This document shows, one piece after another, positions 7,506 to 15,330 of a DNA stretch of 32,000 nucleotides. The notes under the pieces are model-generated. The model was not told the DNA's origin, searched no databases, and saw only the letters and a program-made list of their open reading frames with translations. How positions within the stretch are numbered: position 1 is the stretch's first letter; every line of letters starts with the position of its first letter. The DNA is taken from NCBI RefSeq assembly GCF_030253515.1, contig NZ_CP124549.1:240001-272000 (forward strand). The letters run 5' to 3'. The stretch comes from Candidatus Nanosynbacter lyticus. Its GTDB lineage: Bacteria; Patescibacteriota; Saccharimonadia; Saccharimonadales; Saccharimonadaceae. The position numbers and the translations under genes are program-made.

Positions 7506-8072
7506 ATGAGAGAAATTGAGATAAAAGTTAGATTGCAAGATAAAGAAGGGTTGCTGGCTGCGCTGGCGGCTAAGGGTGTCGTCCTTGGTGAGTCAGTGCA
7601 TCAGCGTGATCAAGTGTTTGGTCTGCCGGGAGAAGTTGGCGGTGACGGCAACACAGCGCCTTGGTTGCGGGTGCGTACTGAGATGCGTAGACAAGGTGAA
7701 GATACAACGAAGCGGGCGTTATTCACTTTCAAACGATCGGTGACCGGATAGCTGGATAGTATTGAACATGAAACAGAAGTTCGCGATCCAGATGCTATGA
7801 TCGCTATCGTTAAGGGGCCGGGCTTTGTAGCGTTTTCGGATATGTCAAAGATTCACCAGACTGGCACGTTAAGTGGTATAGAAGTATGTGTCGATTCGGT
7901 GGAGGGCTTAGGTGACCTTATAGAGTTAGAGCAATTAGCCGATGAGGATGCTGATCCTGTCGCTATAGTCAATGGTTTGTGGCGCGAGATGGCTGAGTTG
8001 GGGATTGGTAGCCGGCACGATGAGGTGACGGATGGCTATGATATCCTGATGAAGAAGTTGAGGGTGCAGTAA
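7506..8072 (+). pseudogene. CYTH-domain protein (class IV adenylate cyclase / triphosphatase-like) interrupted by one in-frame TAG
   Basis: ORFs 7506-7751 and 7797-8072 are in the same frame, separated only by TAG at 7749-7751. The N-terminal EIEIKVRL motif and C-terminal VDSVEGLGDLIELE match the two halves of a ~188-aa CYTH fold. Confidence 0.7.
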
Positions 8073-8133
8073 AGACACTCAATTATTTTAACTGAGGTGT
8101 CTCGCTTGGTATTTTACAGTCCATCACTCCTCC

Positions 8134-8142
8134 TGCTATAAT
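8134..8142 (+). promoter_or_regulatory. Extended -10 TGcTATAAT, 6 nt before ATG 8149
   Basis: TGCTATAAT at 8134-8142. TTACAG lies 17 nt upstream (8114-8119). Confidence 0.5.
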
Positions 8143-8148
8143 AACCAC

Positions 8149-8814
8149 ATGCATATTATTCTTGGTGGGACGAGTGGACTGGGTCTGGAGATGGCTAGGC
8201 AGCTCAGAGAAAGTAGCAAGCGTGTGTTGGTGTTGGGGAAGACGCATAATATTCAGGAGCACGGCGAAGGTTTCCAATTGGATGTGTATTATCCCGAGCA
8301 AGTAGCGATGGCGCCAGCGCGGATTGAGCAGATTCTGGGCGGTGATGCTATTGAGCAATTCGTGTGGGCGGCGGGCTACGGCTGGCGCGGTGATTTTGAG
8401 GATCAGCCCGATGCGCGCTCCATGGCAGAAGTGAATTTTGCTGGTCCGTTGCCGTTAGTGCAGTGGGCGTGGCATAGGATGGCGCAGCAGCGGATACAAT
8501 CCACACTAACGGTAATTGGCTCAACTAGCAGCATCAAAGCCCGCGGGGACGAAGCGGTATATGTGGCGACCAAGCATGCTCAGGCGGGGCTGGCGCGTAG
8601 CTTGGCATTGCAGGCGGATGAGCAGCACTTGCCGATTCGCGTGGCACTGTTCTTGCCCGGGGCGATGAAAACACCGTTTTGGCGAGGGCGTCGGCCGGAT
8701 GATTATGCTTTCTTCAATGACCCGGCCAGGGTGGCTGAACATATATTGACCGCTGTCAGCACACAGTATCAGACGTTCCTCGAGTGGCCGCTACCAAAGG
8801 GTACGTTGGTCTAA
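8149..8814 (+). CDS. Short-chain dehydrogenase/reductase (SDR)
   Basis: GGTSGLGLEMARQL cofactor motif and catalytic YVATKHA (YxxxK). Confidence 0.8.
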   Translation: MHIILGGTSGLGLEMARQLRESSKRVLVLGKTHNIQEHGEGFQLDVYYPEQVAMAPARIEQILGGDAIEQFVWAAGYGWRGDFEDQPDARSMAEVNFAGPLPLVQWAWHRMAQQRIQSTLTVIGSTSSIKARGDEAVYVATKHAQAGLARSLALQADEQHLPIRVALFLPGAMKTPFWRGRRPDDYAFFNDPARVAEHILTAVSTQYQTFLEWPLPKGTLV

Positions 8815-8825
8815 CCTCGCTGAAG

Positions 8826-8834
8826 TGCTATAAT
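8826..8834 (+). promoter_or_regulatory. Extended -10 TGcTATAAT, 6 nt before ATG 8841
   Basis: TGCTATAAT at 8826-8834. TTGGTC lies 17 nt upstream (8806-8811), inside the SDR 3' end. Confidence 0.5.
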
Positions 8835-8840
8835 GCGGGC

Positions 8841-9854
8841 ATGACATACGAATTGAGTAGAGAATATTTCGGAGTAAAAATTGTAGTAATCGGCGGCGGA
8901 ACTGGTAGTTTCACGCTGCTGTCGGGTTTGAAAAAGTATACCCATAGTATCACGGCGCTGGTCAACATGGTTGATGACGGCGGCTCGACGGGCATGCTGC
9001 GCGATGAGCTAGGCGTGTTGCCGGCGGGTGATGTGCGGCAATGCCTGGTGGCGCTGAGCAGTTCGCCAAAGGTGCGCGACTTGTTCAATTACCGGTTTGA
9101 CGAGGGTAGTATGAAGGGGCACGCATTTGGTAATTTGTTCATGGCAGCGCTGGAAAAGATGACGGGGAGTTTTTCGCAAGCGGTCGAGACGGCCAGCGAG
9201 GTGCTCGGCGTAAATGGACGGGTATTTCCGATCACGCTGGACGATACCAAGCTATCGTTGAGGCTGCGTGACGGTACGGTCGTTGAGGGCGAGCACGCCA
9301 TCGAGGTGACGAATATTCCAGGCGATGAGCGGCCGTGGCTAGAACTCAGCCCGCCAGCAACGATTAATCCGCATGCTCGGCGGGCGATTCTCGACGCTGA
9401 TCTCGTGGTGGTAGCGCCGGGGCTGCTGTACGGTAGTCTGGCGCCAGCGCTACTGGTGCGCGGTGTGACGCGGGCTTTGGCTGAAACCAAGGCCAAGAAA
9501 GTGTATGTCTGTAATCTCGTGACCAAGCCGACGCAGACCGACGGCTTTACGGTGGCGGACTTTGTCGATGAAATTGAGCGGTTTGCTGGGGTGAGCATGG
9601 ATTATGTACTGTATAACAATTATCGTCCGCCACAGGCACTGCTTGACAAATACGCGCACAATGGTGAATATTTGGTGGAATGGGACGAGGCGGAGCTGAA
9701 GAAAAAGCATTATTATGCTTCGGGCAAGCACCTGATCGCTAACGGCGTTCGCCAGCACAATAAAAAGGCCGATCCGCTGGCGGCGCTGCGTAGTCTGATC
9801 CGTCACGACAGTGATAGAATTGCGCGAGAACTCATGAGGATTTACTTTTCATGA
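8841..9854 (+). CDS. yvcK: YvcK/CofD-family protein (gluconeogenesis-factor-like)
   Basis: KIVVIGGGTGSFTLLSGLKKY...LVNMVDDGGSTGMLRDELGVLPAGDVRQCLVAL is the family signature. Start moved to ATG 8841, as the promoter position dictates. Confidence 0.8.
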   Translation: MTYELSREYFGVKIVVIGGGTGSFTLLSGLKKYTHSITALVNMVDDGGSTGMLRDELGVLPAGDVRQCLVALSSSPKVRDLFNYRFDEGSMKGHAFGNLFMAALEKMTGSFSQAVETASEVLGVNGRVFPITLDDTKLSLRLRDGTVVEGEHAIEVTNIPGDERPWLELSPPATINPHARRAILDADLVVVAPGLLYGSLAPALLVRGVTRALAETKAKKVYVCNLVTKPTQTDGFTVADFVDEIERFAGVSMDYVLYNNYRPPQALLDKYAHNGEYLVEWDEAELKKKHYYASGKHLIANGVRQHNKKADPLAALRSLIRHDSDRIARELMRIYFS

Positions 9855-10465
9855 GTTTGAATCTGTTTCTTGATCTTGATCGCACCTTGTTTCGGACGAG
9901 CGAATTGGATGCGGCAGAGTGGGGGCTGCTTGGGCGGCAGTTTGGCATTGATAGCGAGGTAGAGCTGGCGCGGCGAACGGACTTTCATGTGCGCACTGAG
10001 AAAGCGTACTATTATGATTTTGCGGCGCACGTACGGGCGGCGGGACTCGGAGAGGAGGCGGTATTCGCATTCCTGCTTCAGTCGACGCTGGCTGATGGGC
10101 GAATGGAATACGACGGAGTGGCTGAGGTGGTAGCCTGGGCCAGGCAGCGTGGAACGGTGCATGTCTTGACCTATGGGCCGGCGAATTACCAGCGATTCAA
10201 GGCGGCGCTGTGTCCATCGCTTGAAGGGACAGAAATTATCACTACATTACAGCCGAAAGGTGATTATTTCCGCGAGCAGTGTCCGACTGGCGAGGTATGG
10301 ATGGTTGATGATAAGCCAATCGGCGGTGATCTGCCTGATAATGTGCGGTTTATTCAAACGGCAGAATATAACGGCATTGCGGTGCCAGAGCATCCAGCGT
10401 GGCCAGTGGCGACAGCGTTAGGCCAGATTCCTGAGATAGTAGATAGGTATGAACTTTCCAATTGA
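9851..10465 (+). CDS. HAD-superfamily hydrolase
   Basis: Motif I LFLDLDRTLF (DxDxT) and a late VWMVDDKP (motif IV-like). ATGA overlap with yvcK. Confidence 0.65.
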   Translation: MSLNLFLDLDRTLFRTSELDAAEWGLLGRQFGIDSEVELARRTDFHVRTEKAYYYDFAAHVRAAGLGEEAVFAFLLQSTLADGRMEYDGVAEVVAWARQRGTVHVLTYGPANYQRFKAALCPSLEGTEIITTLQPKGDYFREQCPTGEVWMVDDKPIGGDLPDNVRFIQTAEYNGIAVPEHPAWPVATALGQIPEIVDRYELSN

Positions 10466-11606
10466 TCAACTACCCAAAGTGCTTGATACGCCGAGCTTTG
10501 TGTATTCGAGGCGGATGCTAGAAGAGCGGGCCCGGCAGGCGCTGGCGTGCCGAGTGCCGTTTGGCCTGACGGTGCGTTATGCTGCCAAGGCAAATTCGCA
10601 TCCCGAAATTATACGACTGTTTGATGAGTTGGGGCTGCAGTTTGACGCTAGCTCAAGCTACGAGGCGGCGCTATTACTCAAGCAAGGGGTGAGCGGCTCA
10701 ACGATCAGCCTCTCTAGCCAGCAGCCAGCGCACAACCTTGATGAGTTACTCCAGGCTGGTGTGCGTTACGTGGCGACGTCGCTTCGTCAATTAGAGCTGG
10801 TTGCCTCGAGTCCATACCGCCCAAATACGGTCGGCCTGCGGCTCAATCCTGGCATGGGTTCGGGGCATAATAATCGGACGATGACCGGTGGGGTTAATTC
10901 CAGTTTTGGGCTGTGGCACGCCTATACCGAGCAGGCGCTGGAGTTAGCGAGGCGTCATGACATAATGATTGATCGGCTGCATATTCACATCGGCTCGGGT
11001 GCTGATCCGCGGTTGTGGGGCGAGGCAATGGACGCAGCCCTAGCGCTCGTCAGGCGACTACCGGAAGTGACTACTCTGGATATTGGCGGTGGCTTTAAGG
11101 TGCATCGGTTCGGTGACGAGCAAGAGGCGGACCTGACGGCAATTTGCGAGGTGTTTTCTCAGAAATTAGCTCAGTTCGCTGAGGAAACTGGGCGGCGATT
11201 ACACCTAGAAATTGAGCCAGGAACGTGGTTGGTGGCGCACGCTGGCGTGCTGGTAGCAGAGGTGGTAGACATCGTTGATACCGGTGCGGATGGTCATACA
11301 TTTTTGCGCCTTGATACCGGCATGAATGACATCACACGGCCAGGGATGTATGGTGCGCAGCACGAGATGATGATACTGCCGGGTCGCGAGGAGCAGCGGG
11401 AGTACATCGTGGTGGGGCACTGCTGTGAGACGGGCGATATCTTAACACCAGCGCCAAGCAACCCAGAGAACCTCGCATCGCGGCGGCTGGCGCGGGCGGA
11501 GATCGGCGATAAGCTGGTGATCTTTGACGCCGGGGCGTATTGCCAGAGTATGTCGCTGAAACAGTACAATGCTTATCCTGACGCCGGCACCTATTTTATT
11601 GACTAA
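10449..11606 (+). CDS. lysA: PLP-dependent Orn/DAP/Arg decarboxylase-family enzyme, diaminopimelate-decarboxylase-like
   Basis: RYAAKAN (PLP lysine), HIHIGSG, DIGGGF, EPGTWLVA and GHCCETGD motifs. At 385 aa it is shorter than typical LysA, so substrate is uncertain. Confidence 0.65.
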   Translation: MNFPIDQLPKVLDTPSFVYSRRMLEERARQALACRVPFGLTVRYAAKANSHPEIIRLFDELGLQFDASSSYEAALLLKQGVSGSTISLSSQQPAHNLDELLQAGVRYVATSLRQLELVASSPYRPNTVGLRLNPGMGSGHNNRTMTGGVNSSFGLWHAYTEQALELARRHDIMIDRLHIHIGSGADPRLWGEAMDAALALVRRLPEVTTLDIGGGFKVHRFGDEQEADLTAICEVFSQKLAQFAEETGRRLHLEIEPGTWLVAHAGVLVAEVVDIVDTGADGHTFLRLDTGMNDITRPGMYGAQHEMMILPGREEQREYIVVGHCCETGDILTPAPSNPENLASRRLARAEIGDKLVIFDAGAYCQSMSLKQYNAYPDAGTYFID

Positions 11607-11627
11607 ATTTAATTCATCTGTTATAAT
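11599..11627 (+). promoter_or_regulatory. Near-consensus promoter TTGACT, 17 nt, TGtTATAAT
   Basis: TTGACT at 11599-11604 and TATAAT at 11622-11627 with TG at 11619-11620. ATG 11654 is 26 nt downstream, so a short leader rather than leaderless. Confidence 0.6.
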
Positions 11628-11653
11628 AGCCCAGTTTGATAACGAACTGAATT

Positions 11654-13315
11654 ATGAGTGAATTATGTTCTTCGCGCAGTGAGCAGTTAGAGCTGAGCGC
11701 GCCACAAAAAATCGAAGAAATAATTGACCTTGAGCGTCCGTCTCTCGAGTTTCCTTTTCAGTTGACACTCGAGGGGTATTTTCAAGGTGAAGGTGTGAAT
11801 GAACGAAAGGATCTGGTGGAGCATGCTGAGCGAACGATGAAACTGGTGGAGGAGTTTGCCGGTTTGAAACTACCGCCTGAGGCAATTCATGCCGTGCTGC
11901 TGCATGACGTGGCTGACCGCTTTCATAACAGAGACAGTCAGAAGTGTACACCGGAGCGTCGACAGGCTGCTGGCTTGGCTCTGGCCGATGTATTTACGAA
12001 TCCTGAGATTGAGATAACAGATTCGCAGGGTTTATATATAGCGTCACTACTAGTGGACTTTATTCTAGTAGAAGAGGCTTCTGGCCAGCACCGACTGGAT
12101 GTGGCTAATGCTATTCCTGAAAGCATCAGAGAGATTATCACGGATCGTTACGAAGGTGCGGTACCAGCCGAAGCATGGCGGCAGATCGAGCCATTTGTTG
12201 ATGTGGAGCAGATGGCTGCGTTCCTAGATAACACCAATATCGAGGCGGTGATCATCAAGGCCTGCGAGTTACTTGATAATATGCGCTATCCGTCATCGTC
12301 GCGTGAGTCTGCTAAATTACAGGATGTTTTGGAGGCGGAATCATTCTATGCACCGCTATGTGAAGTGATGGGATTTGACGGGCTAGCGGCAAGCCTGCGT
12401 TCACAGGCGCATATCATTCGGCTGAAAGGACAGGGTAAGCATGAGCTGGTTAAGGATATCCGTGAGCAGTATGAGACAATTCGCCGAGCCGGTGTGCGTA
12501 ATCTGGTAAGTGCAATTTTCGATGCTCAAATCATCACCGAAGCGGCGGTCGGTCCGCGTAGTGAAGAATCATGCCCGAACCGGTCGGTTCACATCGGGGA
12601 TTTTGTGGCGCAAAATGGTAAATTGGTCTATGGAAAATATCGCTTGAAAACCGTGGGGTCATGGGCAGCCAAGGTGCATGAAGCTCGTCAGAATGGCAAA
12701 CCGGAGTACACGCCGATGGACGTGCTCGGCCTGACCGTTATATCAAAGAATGTGAAAGCTCAGGCGCATGATTTTGTGAAGTTTTTGGAGCGGATTGATA
12801 CAACTCCGGTGCTTGATTTGAAAAAGGCCGCCAGTAAATCCAGTGCTATTTGTGTTCACGGTACGGTGGATTATGTTACTACCGTGCGCCAGGAGATGGA
12901 GCAACGCGGGTTTGATATAGGGCGCTGCGAGTTTATGGTCCAGGATGATGAAAGTGTAAAGCAGCGCGGTCAGAAATATCAGGTCTCTAAAGTGACTTTC
13001 CTGATGGATTATCCAGGATTAGACAAGGGCGTGCCGGTCGAAGTGCAATTTGTCACCGAGGACGAACGGCGGCGATCGCGGACGGGGGAGGTGGCGCACA
13101 TAATTTATAAATATATTCGTCAATTGGAGCAGCAGGGATCCGTTCCTGATAAAGATAAACATTCCATTGCTCAAACGATGTCTCAGCTGCTTAGGCAGAT
13201 CCATCAGCGGCGCGACTATGCCAGCCATGATCTCATGGTAAACGAGCGCTCAACCCCGGCGCGTGATGCATTTTTAGAGGATTTGTGGCATTTCCTGCAG
13301 CATGAACTCGCCTAG
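11654..13315 (+). CDS. Divergent RelA/SpoT homologue (HD hydrolase-like plus synthetase-like domains, no TGS/ACT tail)
   Basis: AVLLHDVADRF, IKACELLDNMRYP and ESFYAPLCEVMGF align by eye with the RSH hydrolase motifs LHDVVEDT, KLADRLHNMRTL and IYAPLAxRLG. YRLKTVGSWAAK, DVLGLTVI, YQVSKV and VEVQFVTE...VAHIIYK align with synthetase motifs. Confidence 0.6.
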   Translation: MSELCSSRSEQLELSAPQKIEEIIDLERPSLEFPFQLTLEGYFQGEGVNERKDLVEHAERTMKLVEEFAGLKLPPEAIHAVLLHDVADRFHNRDSQKCTPERRQAAGLALADVFTNPEIEITDSQGLYIASLLVDFILVEEASGQHRLDVANAIPESIREIITDRYEGAVPAEAWRQIEPFVDVEQMAAFLDNTNIEAVIIKACELLDNMRYPSSSRESAKLQDVLEAESFYAPLCEVMGFDGLAASLRSQAHIIRLKGQGKHELVKDIREQYETIRRAGVRNLVSAIFDAQIITEAAVGPRSEESCPNRSVHIGDFVAQNGKLVYGKYRLKTVGSWAAKVHEARQNGKPEYTPMDVLGLTVISKNVKAQAHDFVKFLERIDTTPVLDLKKAASKSSAICVHGTVDYVTTVRQEMEQRGFDIGRCEFMVQDDESVKQRGQKYQVSKVTFLMDYPGLDKGVPVEVQFVTEDERRRSRTGEVAHIIYKYIRQLEQQGSVPDKDKHSIAQTMSQLLRQIHQRRDYASHDLMVNERSTPARDAFLEDLWHFLQHELA

Positions 13316-13330
13316 GCCCGGCAAACTATG

Positions 13331-13336
13331 TATAAT
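13331..13336 (+). promoter_or_regulatory. -10 hexamer TATAAT, 6 nt before ATG 13343
   Basis: TATAAT at 13331-13336. It lies inside the track's upstream extension (ATG 13328), which is therefore unlikely to be the start. Confidence 0.45.
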
Positions 13337-13342
13337 CAGAAT

Positions 13343-13762
13343 ATGACGATTTACTACACTGACGGTTCGGCTAGCCCCAACCCTGGTCCGGGTGGCTTCG
13401 CAGTCATCCGTGATCTTGAGCCGTGGATCTTAGGTTCAGAGGACGGCGAGACGACCAATATTCGCATGGAAGGCAAGGCGCTGATTGCGGCGCTTCAGGA
13501 CGCGGACGGTGTGCCGTGTGTGATTTATACTGATAGCGAGTTTTGGATCAATGTGGTGACCAAGTGGGCGCCGGGTTGGGAAAAGCGCGGCTGGACAAAG
13601 AAGGGTGGCGAGATTAAGAACTTGGATATCGTACAGGAATTATACGAGTTATATGTGCAGTCGCAGGCGGAACTCCGCTGGGTGCGTGGTCATGAGGGCG
13701 ACGAAGGGAATGAGCTGGCGGATGAGTGGGCCAATCGGGCGCGGCTAGGCGAGCGGCTATAA
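13343..13762 (+). CDS. rnhA: Ribonuclease HI
   Basis: IYYTDGSASPNPGPGGFAVI (first catalytic Asp), YTDSEF, and WVRGHEGDEGNELADEWA. Confidence 0.85.
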   Translation: MTIYYTDGSASPNPGPGGFAVIRDLEPWILGSEDGETTNIRMEGKALIAALQDADGVPCVIYTDSEFWINVVTKWAPGWEKRGWTKKGGEIKNLDIVQELYELYVQSQAELRWVRGHEGDEGNELADEWANRARLGERL

Positions 13763-13791
13763 TTGACAATAATATAAAAATATGGTAATAT
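13763..13791 (+). promoter_or_regulatory. Consensus-like promoter TTGACA, 17 nt, TGgTAATAT, 6 nt before ATG 13798
   Basis: TTGACA at 13763-13768 and TAATAT at 13786-13791 with TG at 13783-13784. Confidence 0.6.
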
Positions 13792-13797
13792 CAACAC

Positions 13798-14305
13798 ATG
13801 TTCTACAAAGATAAAATGCCGCAGCATGTTCAATTTGATTTAACAACTTTCTTTGAGTTCCCCGAGCTGCCCTCAATGGCGAGGATTGGTGTGATAACTG
13901 CAATGAAGTGTGAGGATGATATTTTGTGTGTCAGGGGGGGGCGTGAGCGATGGCGGCCTTCACGATACATTAGCAGCTAAAGTCGGTCCGACTAAAAGCA
14001 AATTTATGCAGTTACCGTCTGAAATGTATTCAGAGAAGGGTACAGTATCGGGGTGGAATGCACCGGAAGTAAGGGACGGATTTGGCTTGGTTATTGGTCA
14101 GATTGATGGAACTGAGCGATTAGAGTCAACTTTTGGGCGCCAAGAGACAGACCGGTGCTTGGAAATGGCCGCGTTAGCGCTCGGCATTCTATTGACAGAG
14201 AGTCCGGAAAAATTGGAGCGTTTTAATAATCCACACGAATTAGTGTTTGGATCTAAGTTACTAGCGCAGGCGCGACGTAAAATTGGTAACCGAATTTTTG
14301 GATAA
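13798..14305 (+). pseudogene. Hypothetical gene split into two frames at a G8 tract (frameshifted, phase-variable, or an assembly indel)
   Basis: ORF 13798-13980 and ORF 13910-14305 overlap exactly at GGGGGGGG. Removing one G gives one continuous 168-codon ORF from the leaderless ATG 13798 to stop 14305. Confidence 0.55.
13934..13941 (+). repeat. Homopolymeric G8 tract
   Basis: Direct reading of tcaGGGGGGGGcgt at 13931-13944. Confidence 0.95.
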
Positions 14306-14334
14306 GCATCAATCTAGCTACTTGGGTCAAAAAT

Positions 14335-14343
14335 TGCTATAAT
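14335..14343 (+). promoter_or_regulatory. Extended -10 TGcTATAAT, 7 nt before ATG 14351
   Basis: TGCTATAAT at 14335-14343. No SD before the ATG. Confidence 0.5.
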
Positions 14344-14350
14344 TACCCTC

Positions 14351-15328
14351 ATGGAAGAAGTGAGGGAAACGACTGATATTTTTTTGTGGGCGAATCAAAC
14401 TGATGCGAAAAAGAATGACTTACAGATTGAGCTGTTTTTGTTTAATAAAAATTACACGCCGTATTTTATGCCCCTGAAGGGCGATGTCGAGCAGCAGCTC
14501 CGGCCACTATTTTTGTTTGATTATATCAATCAGGTTAATTTGGGCGCTGGCACTGGCCTTAGCGTGCGGGATTATGAACTGAGTGAAGCGGAAGACAATG
14601 TGCTACTGCGCACAGACCTCGACAAGGTTGGCCGGGCGGAAACCTTGATTCATTTGATTGAGCATGAGCGCGGCGACATTGTGGAGTTTTCGGAAACTGA
14701 GCATGAGTTTAAGCGAATGAAAGGCGTGATAGCGCGGTTTACTGATCCGAATGATCCAGAAAAAATCTTTTATACGGTTAAGTTAATTCAGCAGGGGCAG
14801 ACGCTCAAAAGCGCGCTGGCGTGGGAGTTTTCTGACGGCAAGTTTGGTGCGTTTAAGGCGGAAGTTGGCTTTAAGGTGCCAGATGATAACCAGGTGCTGA
14901 TCATCGGTCAGGATATATTCGCCTTTAATCCTTCGAAGTTTGAGCGGATGTTTGGCTATGAGTATAAGAAGCAGGTGATTGCCGATAAGAAGGTAGCGGA
15001 AATTGAAAAGCAATATAAGTTGAGTTTTCCAGAAGGCTTGGATCTAAATGCGCTGGTCAAGGAACGCAAAAAGACCATCAATAAACTGCAGAAATTGGAG
15101 ATCGGCGAGGTCAAGCAGGAGCAGGTGCTGGACTATGCTGACGAGATGCAGCTGGAGCTGATGAGTGATGATAATGGCGCGATTATCATTATGGATGGCA
15201 ATGACCTCGACATGTTTGTGAACTTGATTAATGAGGATTATATCGAGAGTAAAATTACCGGCAAGCGCTACGAAATTAAATCGAAAAAACTGTTGGGTGA
15301 GCCAGAAGGCGAACCGCCGCGAGGTTAA
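14351..15328 (+). CDS. Hypothetical 325-aa soluble protein; tentatively KwaB/DUF4868-like
   Basis: Clean ORF with no TM segment and no catalytic motif I recognise. It is acidic, with a K/E-rich probable coiled coil near its C-terminal third. The family resemblance is from memory of overall layout only and is unverified. Confidence 0.6.
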   Translation: MEEVRETTDIFLWANQTDAKKNDLQIELFLFNKNYTPYFMPLKGDVEQQLRPLFLFDYINQVNLGAGTGLSVRDYELSEAEDNVLLRTDLDKVGRAETLIHLIEHERGDIVEFSETEHEFKRMKGVIARFTDPNDPEKIFYTVKLIQQGQTLKSALAWEFSDGKFGAFKAEVGFKVPDDNQVLIIGQDIFAFNPSKFERMFGYEYKKQVIADKKVAEIEKQYKLSFPEGLDLNALVKERKKTINKLQKLEIGEVKQEQVLDYADEMQLELMSDDNGAIIIMDGNDLDMFVNLINEDYIESKITGKRYEIKSKKLLGEPEGEPPRG

Positions 15329-15330
15329 GT

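Noticed and set aside
13910-14305. Treating the 131-aa ORF as an independent GTG-started gene
   Set aside because: There is no SD or promoter for GTG 13910. Its overlap with the upstream ORF coincides exactly with the G8 tract, so a single frameshifted gene is the more economical reading.
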